NCBI GenBank assembly: GCA_965140445.1
Contig: OZ223236.1
Coordinates: forward strand, 3,968,001 to 4,032,000
Length of the DNA: 64,000 nt
Source of the DNA: Candidatus Ozemobacteraceae bacterium
GTDB lineage: Bacteria; Muiribacteriota; Ozemobacteria; Ozemobacterales; Ozemobacteraceae
Direction: 5' to 3'
Part shown: piece by piece, positions 16,927 to 27,500 of the stretch
Numbering within the stretch: position 1 is the first letter of the stretch
How the letters are laid out: each line of letters starts with the position of its first letter
Position numbers and translations under genes: made by a program
The notes under the pieces: model-generated
What the model was told of the DNA's origin: nothing
Seen by the model: only the letters and a program-made list of their open reading frames with translations
Database searches by the model: none

Positions 16927-19685
16927 TGAAATCTAAAAAAATTCTTCTTCCTGAAAGCCCGCTGGCCGAACGACAAAAAGCTCGTCCAAAAAAGAGCTCC
17001 ACCAACAGTGGGCCCTCAAGAACTCGAAAAAGCAAAACTCGTCCCCTGCCATTCATGGTAGATGCCAGACAGCGCAACGAAGCTATTGGCCTCGTAATGG
17101 TTGGCTTCAGCGCTTTTATCTTTTCACTTCTCCACTACCTTAGCGGAAGCAAGATTTCTGGCCTTATCAACGCATCAATGGTTTATCTCGGAATTGGTGT
17201 TTACATAGTTCCTCTTCTCATAGGTTTAATGGGAATTCAAAGATTTCTGGAACGACCTTTTCAAAATCTCCCATGGAGAATTGCAGGAAGCCTTGGCGTT
17301 ATGACCTTTGGCCTTGGTCTTCTCGGACTTGAAGGTGGCAAAGTTGGAGTCTATACCTTAAGACTTTTCACCGCTTTTTTTGGTGTTATTCCAAGCAAAA
17401 TTTTGTTTACTTTTCTTGTTCTCGCTTCGCTAATCTTTGCCCTGGACATACTTTACAAAGATGTTCTCGCAGCTGGTCTCGTGTGCGCAAGCCTGACAAC
17501 CAAACTTCTTATTTTCTGCTGGGAAGTTCTTTTAAGCCTATGCTCAATGATGATTAATGCTGTAAAAACTACGGGAAGTTTAATTTCAGCTATCTTTGGA
17601 AGAGTTAAACAGGTTTACGAAGACAACGACATTGATCCGGCAGCTCAAATTGGAAAACTACTCTCCTTTTCTCCCAAACCACAAACAGTTGAAGGACTGG
17701 AAGTAGACGAAGAAGACTTAATAGATGAAAGCAAAGTTGAAATTAATACAAAAGCCTCTACTCCCACTAGCGTAATCACAGAGGAAGAAGAAGCCACAGT
17801 AATTCCCATGCCACAAATCTGGCAGGGAGCATCTCAAGCGGAAGAAGAAAAAGATGAATCTCAAGCATCCGCAGCAACCATTCCTTTAACAGGATCTTCA
17901 GTAATTTCTGTTCAGGTATCCAACATAAGTCCAATGACTTTGGCCGAAACAGGAATTCCCTCTTTTGATGCGGGAAACACCACTCCCCCACCCCACCAGA
18001 CAGAAGAAGATTATTCGGCTTTTGAAGGAATTCAAGAGGACGACTCAAGCGATTTTGACGTGGACTATGAAGAAGACGAAATGGAAGTTGTGGTTCACCT
18101 TGAAGACTCTATCGTTCAAAGGGAAGATAACGATGAAGATCAAGAGCCAGACGCTGTTTATTTAGAAGACAACAGAATTGATCTGGAAATCAAAAACGAT
18201 GAACTGGAGAATAGCACCGAATATAAGAATCCTTATGCCGAGTCAAAGCTTCCTCCATTATCCCTCTTAAAAATTGCCCCTCCCAGAGACTCCTCTCAGG
18301 CACAGTCAGATTTAAGCCTAAGTTCATCACTACTATTAAAAACCCTGGAAGACTTTGGAATTAAAGCATCAATAACAGCAGTTGTTGAAGGCCCTGCAAT
18401 TTCAAGATTTGAACTAAAACCTGCTCCTGGGGTAAAAGTATCCAGAATTACCACGCTGGTCGACGACATCGCCCTGGCATTAGCGGCACAATCAATAAGA
18501 ATTGAAGCTCCAATACCTGGAAAACCTGCACTTGGTATTGAAATTCCAAATGCTCATCCAACACCGGTATATTTTTATGACCTGCTTAAGCATGATAAAT
18601 TCTTAACAAAGAAAACCTCATTAAATCTTGCTCTTGGAGTAACAATTAATGGCAAACCTGTTTTTGCAGATCTAACAGAAATGCCTCATCTTCTGATCGC
18701 TGGTTCAACCGGTTCAGGAAAATCAGTTTGTGTAAACACAATTATCGCCAGCATTCTTTATCAAGCCAGAGCCGATCAGGTTAAATTTGTAATGATCGAT
18801 CCTAAAATGGTTGAGCTATCATCTTATAATGGAATTCCCCACCTCATATCTCCAGTTGTTACTGATCCAGCTAAAGCCTCGGCTGCTTTGATGTGGGCCG
18901 TTGAAGAAATGGAAAGAAGATATGAACTTTTGGCATGCTGTGGAGTAAGAAAAATCTCCACATACAATGAAGATCTTGAAAGATTAAGGAAAGAATTTGA
19001 TAGTCAGCTTGAGCCAATGCCATTTATTGTGATAATAATTGATGAGCTTGCAGACTTAATGATGACAGCCTCTGCAGAAGTTGAAGGATCAATATGTAGA
19101 TTGGCCCAGATGGCCCGTGCAGTGGGAATTCATCTTATAATCGCAACTCAAAGGCCTTCGGTTAATGTTCTTACAGGTTTAATTAAAGCGAATCTTCCAT
19201 CAAGAATTGCTTTTTCTGTTACTTCCGCGATAGACTCTCGAACGATACTTGACGCGAAAGGTGCAGAAAGACTTCTGGGGAAAGGTGATATGCTATTTGT
19301 TCCAAAGGGAAGAAACAAACCTTTAAGAATACAGGGTGCATTTATTTCTGACAGAGAATTGATGGATATCACAGAATATGTTAAATCTCAGGGGCAACCA
19401 GAATATATGGATATTGCACCTGATAAAGTAGACGAGGACGAAGATGACAACGATGATGAACTGGACAAAACAGCAAGTGCAGATGAAAAATTGATGGCAA
19501 GCATAGTAAAATATCTTGAGACTCAAGAAAAAACTTCTACAAGTATGCTTCAAAGAAAGTTCCGAATCGGTTATAATAGGGCAGCCCGTATCATGGATAT
19601 GCTTGAAGAAACTGGTATGGTAGGCCCATCAGACGGATCAAATAAACGTAGAGTTCTTTGCGGAAGGAGTAATTCTCAGATATGA
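16926..19685 (+). CDS. ftsK: DNA translocase FtsK/SpoIIIE
   Basis: N-terminal TMs, acidic linker, MPHLLIAGSTGSGKS, IDELADLMM, ATQRPSV and gamma domain STSMLQRKFRIGYNRAARIMD. Start placed at the TAATG overlap with uppP. Confidence 0.96.
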   Translation: MKSKKILLPESPLAERQKARPKKSSTNSGPSRTRKSKTRPLPFMVDARQRNEAIGLVMVGFSAFIFSLLHYLSGSKISGLINASMVYLGIGVYIVPLLIGLMGIQRFLERPFQNLPWRIAGSLGVMTFGLGLLGLEGGKVGVYTLRLFTAFFGVIPSKILFTFLVLASLIFALDILYKDVLAAGLVCASLTTKLLIFCWEVLLSLCSMMINAVKTTGSLISAIFGRVKQVYEDNDIDPAAQIGKLLSFSPKPQTVEGLEVDEEDLIDESKVEINTKASTPTSVITEEEEATVIPMPQIWQGASQAEEEKDESQASAATIPLTGSSVISVQVSNISPMTLAETGIPSFDAGNTTPPPHQTEEDYSAFEGIQEDDSSDFDVDYEEDEMEVVVHLEDSIVQREDNDEDQEPDAVYLEDNRIDLEIKNDELENSTEYKNPYAESKLPPLSLLKIAPPRDSSQAQSDLSLSSSLLLKTLEDFGIKASITAVVEGPAISRFELKPAPGVKVSRITTLVDDIALALAAQSIRIEAPIPGKPALGIEIPNAHPTPVYFYDLLKHDKFLTKKTSLNLALGVTINGKPVFADLTEMPHLLIAGSTGSGKSVCVNTIIASILYQARADQVKFVMIDPKMVELSSYNGIPHLISPVVTDPAKASAALMWAVEEMERRYELLACCGVRKISTYNEDLERLRKEFDSQLEPMPFIVIIIDELADLMMTASAEVEGSICRLAQMARAVGIHLIIATQRPSVNVLTGLIKANLPSRIAFSVTSAIDSRTILDAKGAERLLGKGDMLFVPKGRNKPLRIQGAFISDRELMDITEYVKSQGQPEYMDIAPDKVDEDEDDNDDELDKTASADEKLMASIVKYLETQEKTSTSMLQRKFRIGYNRAARIMDMLEETGMVGPSDGSNKRRVLCGRSNSQI

Positions 19686-22600
19686 GCAAGGAGATTTGCC
19701 CATTTCTCGGCAATATTAGAGGAGAAAATCGCATTGGTCACACCTGCTTGCAGGAGCAATGCATGTTTTATCACGCTGAAGAAACAAAATGTATTTTCCA
19801 GCAAATCGGCACAGCTTCAAGAGATTATCTGGGTTCGCTAAAAAAATTAGCGGAGCAGAACGAGTTGAAGCTTATTAAAGAAAGACTTGAGACCTTTTCT
19901 AAAGATGAAATCCTTGACAGGGTGTCTCTTTATATCAGTCAAGCCGGAATAGCAAAGAACAAGGGAAGCCTCGAAAGAGCTCTCCTGGACTATAAAAAAG
20001 CACTTATTCTTGACCCAAAAAACTCTAAAATTCATAAGTCTCTGGGCGACATTTATTCTGTCCAGGGTGTAATTGATGAGGCCATTTCATCCTATAAGCA
20101 AGCTTTAAAAACTGATCCACAGAACGGGGAAGTCTGGATCAGACTAATTCTCCAATATCGTGCACTTTATTCAAACCTTCCTGACCGTGAAAAACGATAC
20201 AAAGACGTGACCGAAAAGCTTCGTGATGAGCTTCGACTCCTTGAAAGTGAGTCCACTGCAAATTGTATAATGGGTAACATCCTGTTAATACTTCATTCGC
20301 AAGATTCAGACACGTTTATTGAGCAGCGCAAAGAAGCCAGAACTCTTATGGAACGAGCTCTGGAAATAAACCCAGCAAATCTCTGGGCCCATCTCGGTTT
20401 GAAAGACCTTCAGATTTATGATGGTGAATACGAAAAGGCTATTGAACAACTGAACACTGCAATCAAGCAGATTCCAGACCAGCCGAGATTAATTTTTGAA
20501 CTAGGCGAATGCTACCTGCTCTCTCAGGCTGAACATGCGATGATTACAGAAGAAGCTCTCGAAAAAGCCCAGGAAAGCTACAAAAGCGCTCTTGAGCTTA
20601 ACCCAAGCTATGCACCTGCATATTTCAGAGTTGCTTTCATCTGTGAACAAAAAGCTAATTATGACCAGGCCGTTGAGTATTACCACCTCGGTCTCAACAT
20701 AAATCCTACAAATGTTTTTGCCCATTATCGACTTGGAAAAATCCATCTTCTGATGGGAATGGTTGAAATGGCGACAACAAGATTCAAGGAAGTTATTGAG
20801 CTTTCCCGCAATAGATCACGTGAGATCTATCAGGAAGGTTATCTCTTTAATAAACTTAGATTTTTCAAAGAAGCCAACGCTCTCGGTGCGTGGATTGAAC
20901 TTGGAAAAATCTATGTTAAGCGCCGTCAATACGACGATGCTCTTGAGGCTTTCCAAAAAGCTTTGAACATCGACAAATCAAGTCCATTGGCTGTAATGAA
21001 TCAAATCGATCTTTACAGAATCAGATCACAGGACAACAAAGACGCTGAAACCATTTACAACAAGTATATTGAGCAATTTAAAAATGAAGCGATGGTGGAT
21101 TTCCAGAATCCTATTGCCCATTTCTCACTTGCTTATGCCTGTCAGGTTTTCACTTCTGTTCTGCCAGAAAAACAGGAAGAACGCCTTGAAGAAGCCCTTA
21201 ACGGCTATCAAATGGCAATTAACCTGGACCCGAATTTCAAATGGGCTTTCTGGGGGCTTAAAAATGCGTATCTTTCAAATGTTGAAGGCAGCGGTCCCCT
21301 TTATGAGTCTGCACTCGACGCTTGTAACTGCGTAATAAACCTTGATCCGGAAGATCCTAGCGGATATTTTGAGGCTGGCGATGTTTATCGCAAGATGATG
21401 AATTTGTCTGAAGCTTATGAATTCTTTGAAAAAGCTACCCAAAAAGACAAAACTTTCATTCCTGCATATCTGAATATGGCAGAAATAAGATTCCAGGAAG
21501 GCCTGGAAGACGAAGCCATAAAACTTTATCAAAAAGTAATTCGAATTAATCCTAACTTTGCTCAGGGCTACTTCGAGCTCGGTAAAGTATACAAGGCGAT
21601 TAATGAAAGCGAAAAAGCTCTTGCAAACCTTCGCAAAGCTATCGAGCTTGATATTGACTATATCGAATCTCATTTCTACATTGGTCAGATTTCCTTTGAA
21701 GAAGGCAATCTCGACACCGCCAAAGTTAGATTTAACAGAGTTATTGAACTTGATCCTACTCATGTTGAAGCCCACTACTCCCTTGGCCTTCTTTACCATA
21801 AAGCTGGTAAGTTCCAGCAGGCCATTGAAGAATTTAACAACGCTATAAGTCTTTCTGAAGATCCAACCAGAATTCAGTTTGATCTTTCCAGATTGCACTC
21901 AGATGCAAAAGACTGGAAAGCGGCAAAAGATATTCTGGAAAAGGTTATTAGTCAGAAACCAGATTTTATTGAAGCAATAATTGAGCACGCAAACACTCTT
22001 GAAATGCTTGAACTAAGCCATGAAGCGGAAGATGAATATCTAAAAGCAATCGAAATTGAACCTGATTGCCTAATCGCTCATGAACGCCTGGCTAAGCTAT
22101 ATGAATCTACAAGTCAGATTTATAAAGCAGAAGATGAATTCAGAAAAGTTGTTGAGCTAAAACCAGACCACGTAAAAGCCCAGATGTCTCTAGCAAGAAT
22201 CTACATTCTTAGAGATCTTCAGGACAAAGCGCTGGATGCGCTTCATAGCGTTGTTGATATTAAGTCAGACATCTTTGAAGCTCACCTTGAAATGGCCCGC
22301 ATTTATCATTCAAGAAACGCTCTGGACAGAGCCGTTGAAGCTTATAAAGAAGCAATCTTGATTAACTCCAATGACTTTCAGGCTCACCAGGAGCTTGCAA
22401 ACGTTTATCTGAGTAAAGACGACTATGGTCATGCCATGGAAGAGCTTAAGCTGGCTCTGGAAATAGAACCTTCTCTTCCTGAGGCACTTTTAAACCTTGG
22501 AGAACTTTATTACCATTCAGAACATTACTCTGAAGCAGGAAACTGCTACCGCCGTCTGGTAGAAATGGACCCGCAAAATCATTCAGCCAGATTCCGACTT

Positions 22601-24532
22601 GCAGAAACCTACTATCATTGTGGTCAGCTTGAAAAAGCTCTTGATGAATATCTCAAGGTTGCTGAAATCAACGAAGATCGAACAGATGCGTTAATAAGAC
22701 TAGGCAAGATCTACGCTTCCCTTGAAAAATGGGAAGATGCAGCCAAATTCTACAGCAAAGTATTTGAAACCGATCCTCAGAATTCAATTATTCATTTTGA
22801 ACTCGGAAAGGTATACGATCACCTTAACCGCCTCACTGATGCACTTCACGAATTCGAAGCGGCATTGGAAAGAGAACCGGAAAATCCAGAAATTGTAACT
22901 CAAATTGGATTGATTCACCGCAAACAGGGAAATCTGGATCTTGCGATAGACAGATTCACCAGAGCGATTCAACTCGACAGTTCAAATCCGCTTCCTCACA
23001 GAGAGCTGGCCATGGCCTACATCAACAAAGGGCGCGTGGATAAAGCTATTGGTGAGTTTAAAGAAGCTCTGGAATTTGAACCAGACAACATCCACGTTAA
23101 TATTGAATTGGCAAAAGCTTATGCAAGTCAGGGCATAATTGACGAAGCGGTTGAATCTTATAAAAAGGTAATTAGTCTCGATCCGAGAAATTCTGCGGCG
23201 CACTTTGAACTTGGGGCGATCTACTCGACTCAAGGCCTCAATGACAGTGCAATAAGTGAATTCAAAACAGTTATTGGACTTGCTCCAACCCATACTCGAG
23301 CTCATCTTGAACTTGCAAGACATCTTCGAGATACTGGACATATGCAGGAGTCTATTGCTGAATTCCAGAAAGCATCACGTCTGGAACCAGAAAATGCTGT
23401 AATGATTTATGAGCTGGGTGACGTTTATTATCTTCAGGATAATTATGATGAAGCTCTTGAAGCCTTCAACAAGGCACTTGAACTTCAAAGCGACTATGTA
23501 GACGTTTACCAGAAACTTGGAACAATATACGCATCCTTTGAAAACTGGGAAAAAGCAAAAGAAAACTTTGAAAAGGCAATTGAGCTTGAAGCTGAAAACT
23601 ACTCTGTTTACAAAGAACTTGGAGAAGTTTGCGTTAAGCTTTCTGATGTAGACAATGCAGTTAAAGCCTTTGAGAAGGCTCTTGAATATCGACCAGGCGA
23701 TGTGAATATAATCTATCGCCTTGGTGCAAAATACAAAGAGCAACAGAACTACGATGCAATGATACAGCTTTACAGCAAAGCCGTTGAAACTGCACCAAAG
23801 AACGCCCTGTTCTACTTTGAACTTGGTGAAGCTTATCGTGGCAAGGAAGCATTTGCTGAAGCAGCGGGCGAATACGAACAAGCCCTCAGCTTAAATGAGA
23901 ACCTCATTGAATGCATTTACGCACTTGGCGGTATCTACTGGAATGGCCAGAACTTTGACAAAATGATCAAGCTCTATAAAAAGGCTATTAACAGATACCC
24001 AACCAACAGCAGAGCTCACTTTGAACTCGGAAAAGCTTATTACAAGCAACTAAAAATTACCGATGCCATTGATGAATTCAAAAAAGTAATCAATCTTGAC
24101 TCTAATCACTCTGAAGTCTATTTTGAATTGGGTCGATTGTATCTTGATAATGGTATGATTCAGGAAGCAGCCGAAGCACTTGAAAAAGCCACGCAAATCA
24201 CTCCTGACAACGGAGAAGCCTTCTTCTTACTTGGAAAAGCTCTCGAAGGTCAGAATGAAAAAGAAAAAGCTTCTGAAGCTTTCCGAATGGCACAAGGGCA
24301 AATGGCAGAGAATTATGAAGTTCTCATCAGAGTTGGAGCGGATCTTCTTGAAAAAGAACAATTTGAAGAAGCTCTCGCTGAACTTACCAAAGCTTGTGAA
24401 TACAAAGAGGCCAACCATGAGGTATACTTCTTACTGGGCAAAACCCACAGAGGCCTTGGAAATAACGAAGAAGCTGTAAAAGCATTTGAAAAAGCCGATG
24501 AACTAATGGAAGACATGGAGGATGATGATTAA
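19682..24532 (+). CDS. Very large tetratricopeptide repeat protein (1616 aa)
   Basis: Dozens of 34-aa repeats (AHFELG..Y...G...EA...F.KA..L.P); ATGA overlap with ftsK. Confidence 0.92.
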   Translation: MSKEICPFLGNIRGENRIGHTCLQEQCMFYHAEETKCIFQQIGTASRDYLGSLKKLAEQNELKLIKERLETFSKDEILDRVSLYISQAGIAKNKGSLERALLDYKKALILDPKNSKIHKSLGDIYSVQGVIDEAISSYKQALKTDPQNGEVWIRLILQYRALYSNLPDREKRYKDVTEKLRDELRLLESESTANCIMGNILLILHSQDSDTFIEQRKEARTLMERALEINPANLWAHLGLKDLQIYDGEYEKAIEQLNTAIKQIPDQPRLIFELGECYLLSQAEHAMITEEALEKAQESYKSALELNPSYAPAYFRVAFICEQKANYDQAVEYYHLGLNINPTNVFAHYRLGKIHLLMGMVEMATTRFKEVIELSRNRSREIYQEGYLFNKLRFFKEANALGAWIELGKIYVKRRQYDDALEAFQKALNIDKSSPLAVMNQIDLYRIRSQDNKDAETIYNKYIEQFKNEAMVDFQNPIAHFSLAYACQVFTSVLPEKQEERLEEALNGYQMAINLDPNFKWAFWGLKNAYLSNVEGSGPLYESALDACNCVINLDPEDPSGYFEAGDVYRKMMNLSEAYEFFEKATQKDKTFIPAYLNMAEIRFQEGLEDEAIKLYQKVIRINPNFAQGYFELGKVYKAINESEKALANLRKAIELDIDYIESHFYIGQISFEEGNLDTAKVRFNRVIELDPTHVEAHYSLGLLYHKAGKFQQAIEEFNNAISLSEDPTRIQFDLSRLHSDAKDWKAAKDILEKVISQKPDFIEAIIEHANTLEMLELSHEAEDEYLKAIEIEPDCLIAHERLAKLYESTSQIYKAEDEFRKVVELKPDHVKAQMSLARIYILRDLQDKALDALHSVVDIKSDIFEAHLEMARIYHSRNALDRAVEAYKEAILINSNDFQAHQELANVYLSKDDYGHAMEELKLALEIEPSLPEALLNLGELYYHSEHYSEAGNCYRRLVEMDPQNHSARFRLAETYYHCGQLEKALDEYLKVAEINEDRTDALIRLGKIYASLEKWEDAAKFYSKVFETDPQNSIIHFELGKVYDHLNRLTDALHEFEAALEREPENPEIVTQIGLIHRKQGNLDLAIDRFTRAIQLDSSNPLPHRELAMAYINKGRVDKAIGEFKEALEFEPDNIHVNIELAKAYASQGIIDEAVESYKKVISLDPRNSAAHFELGAIYSTQGLNDSAISEFKTVIGLAPTHTRAHLELARHLRDTGHMQESIAEFQKASRLEPENAVMIYELGDVYYLQDNYDEALEAFNKALELQSDYVDVYQKLGTIYASFENWEKAKENFEKAIELEAENYSVYKELGEVCVKLSDVDNAVKAFEKALEYRPGDVNIIYRLGAKYKEQQNYDAMIQLYSKAVETAPKNALFYFELGEAYRGKEAFAEAAGEYEQALSLNENLIECIYALGGIYWNGQNFDKMIKLYKKAINRYPTNSRAHFELGKAYYKQLKITDAIDEFKKVINLDSNHSEVYFELGRLYLDNGMIQEAAEALEKATQITPDNGEAFFLLGKALEGQNEKEKASEAFRMAQGQMAENYEVLIRVGADLLEKEQFEEALAELTKACEYKEANHEVYFLLGKTHRGLGNNEEAVKAFEKADELMEDMEDDD

Positions 24533-24599
24533 TGCATCCCCTTCTGGCACTTTCAGTATTAATAAATGAATATAATAAGGTATTTGAGGAGACAGCTGA

Positions 24600-27500
24600 A
24601 TGATTAACCGCTGGGAAATCCTTCTGGAAAAAGGGCAAACATATTTCGAACTGGAGAACTATGAAAAGGCTGAAAAGACCCTTCAGAAGGTTCTAAAAGA
24701 AAAGCCGGACTTTGTGCCAGCATATAAATTGCTGGCAGATTGCTATGACAACTTAAATAACACAGATCTGGCAATTCAGACTTTTGAAAAAATCATTGAG
24801 CTTTCTCCAGGCGATGCTTCGTCTTTGAAATCTCTGGGTACATTGCTTATCTCTGCTGGTGAAACCGATAGAGCTATTGAGATTTACGATCAGGCTATCA
24901 AGCTTTCACCAGAAGGAAAAGATCTTCAGTATGATCTTGGACTTCTTTACCTGCAAAGAAATGCATTTGAAAAAGCTGAAAAACATCTAAAGAAAGCTAT
25001 TGAAATCGACCCCAAATTTGCTAAAGCCACGGTTGAATTAGCAAGAATAAAAATCACTCAAAACGATATTCAGGCCGCCATAGATCTTTATATTCATGCA
25101 ATCGAAAATGATACGGAAAATGCCATCCTGCACGCTGAGCTGGGAGAAGCTTACGAGCTTCATGGCCAATACAATGACGCCCTTATGGAATACAAGAAGG
25201 CTGAGTATCTGGACCCAGATAACCCTCAGATCCACTTCAAGATTGGTAAGGACCTGGAATCCAGAGGAAAACTGGAAGAAGCCCTCGAAAAATACCAGGC
25301 CGTAAAAGAGTTAGACGCAGAAAACGTTGAACTTTTCTACCGATGTGGAAAGCTGTATCAGAGACTCGGCATGGAAGAAGAAGCCACAAGGGAATTTGAA
25401 GCAATTACTGCCATAAAACCTGAATGGCTTGAAATCCGTTATGAACTTGCCAACCTCTATGGAGAAAAGGGCGAGTATGATAAGCAAATCAAGCAATTTG
25501 AAGCGATTGCAGAGCACGACACCACCTCTTATGAGGTTATGAAAAGTCTTGCCGCTTCATATGCCGCAAATGGTGAATTGGATAAAGCAATTGACCATTA
25601 CAATAACGCACTTGAAGCCAACCCTGATGATTATGAGATTGTAGAGCAACAATATCAAATCGTTCTGGCAGGCGGAGACCCGGAAAAATGTATTGATTCA
25701 CTTGAAGCCTTAAGTGTCAGCAGTCCTGACGATGCTGAACTTGCATTAATTCTTGCCAGAGTTTATGCGGCGCGAGGCATGGTTGATGAAGCCAACGCCT
25801 TCTACACAAGGGTTTTAGAACTTGAACCAGACAGATCAGACATTAAGGGTGAATTGCGCATGATTTACAGGTCAAAAGGCCTTGTAAATGAAGAGATTGA
25901 TGCAATAAACACTTTGCTCGAAACAGATAACGACAATATTGAGCTCCTTCATGACCTTCAGGAGTTACAGATTCAGGCGGGTAAAGACCGAGATGCTATA
26001 ACAACTCTGAACAGGCTGACCAACATATCGCCTAATTCAGTCTATTTTAAACAGCTTGGGAACCTTTATTTAAAAACAGGCTTTTTCAGCGAGGCAGTTG
26101 CAGCGCTTCAAAATGCTTTACAGATTAACCCTGAAGATCTGTCCCCCCACTCCATCCTTGCTGACCTTTACAAGCAAAAAGGTATGGATGAGGAAGCTAT
26201 CCAATCTTACAAATATCTTCTTAGAGACAATCCAGATAATATGAAAGCTCACCTCGATCTTGGTGAACTTTATAAAAAGCTTGGACGAACTAATGACCAT
26301 GTTGCATCTTTGAATCAGGCTATCAATCTTGGCGCTTCTGACCCTAGACTGTTTCTTGAACTAGGTAGCCTCCAGCTTCAGCAGAACCATGTTGCTGAAG
26401 GCATGGCCAATTTGCAAAAAGCCAAAGAAAGCGCCAATGGTGACCCAGCAGTTACCAAGCAACTAATCGACATCTACCTGATCAGAAATCACCATCAGGA
26501 AGCGATGGATGAGCTTGAAAATCTAAGAAAACAGCAACCAGACAATGTTGACATCTACGTAAAAATGTCAAAAATTTACCAGAGCCAACAGATGTTTAAT
26601 GAGGCTCTTGAAATATTAAATCAAGCTCGCATGGTTGATCCGCAAAGCTTTGTTATAACTCTTGAAACAGCAAGACTTTATATGGCCTGCCAGGAATTCC
26701 AGCAGGTAATAGAGCTACTGCAGGATGTAAGACAAAACCATCCTTCTAATGATGATGTTACATCAATCATATCTGAAGCTTATGCAAAATCTGGTGACCA
26801 CGAAATGGCCATTATGGAGCTAAAGCAACTGATAGGCAGAGATCCTACCAACACAGATGCGAGAATTCAGCTTGGTCGAATCTACTCAATTACCAACATG
26901 ATCGATCAAGCCACCATGACTTTTAAAGACATCATTAATGATTTTCCAGAAAATCCAATGGCACATGTTGAGCTTGGCAAGATTTATCTGAATATGGGGA
27001 AAGCATATAACGACTCCAACATGATTAACAACGGTATGAATGAGCTAACTCAAGCAGTTGGCTTTGATGACCAGTGTGTTGAAGCGCATTATGAACTTGG
27101 CGTCGCTTACAAAGATCTAGAAAAAGTAGAAGAAGCGCTTAATGAATTTAACAAGCTTCTCCTGCTCGACCCCCTGCATGCCAAAGCTAAGGAATATCAG
27201 AACGAACTCGTTGGCCAGAAAGTCAGTGGCCAGGCTGAAGAGGGAATCAAACAAGCACGCCTGTTCAGCGAAAGAGGCATGATTAAAAATGCCATTATGG
27301 AATATCAGAATGTTATCGAACTTCAGCAGGATAATCAGGTTGCCTGGTATGAACTTGGAAACATCTATCTTTCCCAGGAACAGCACCAGGAAGCTCTGGA
27401 AGCTTTACAAAAAGCCAAGGACATCAATCCGGATGTTCCAGAAGTTTATATTTCACTGGCCCACACATATCTTCAGGTTAATCAACCAGATGAATCTTCA

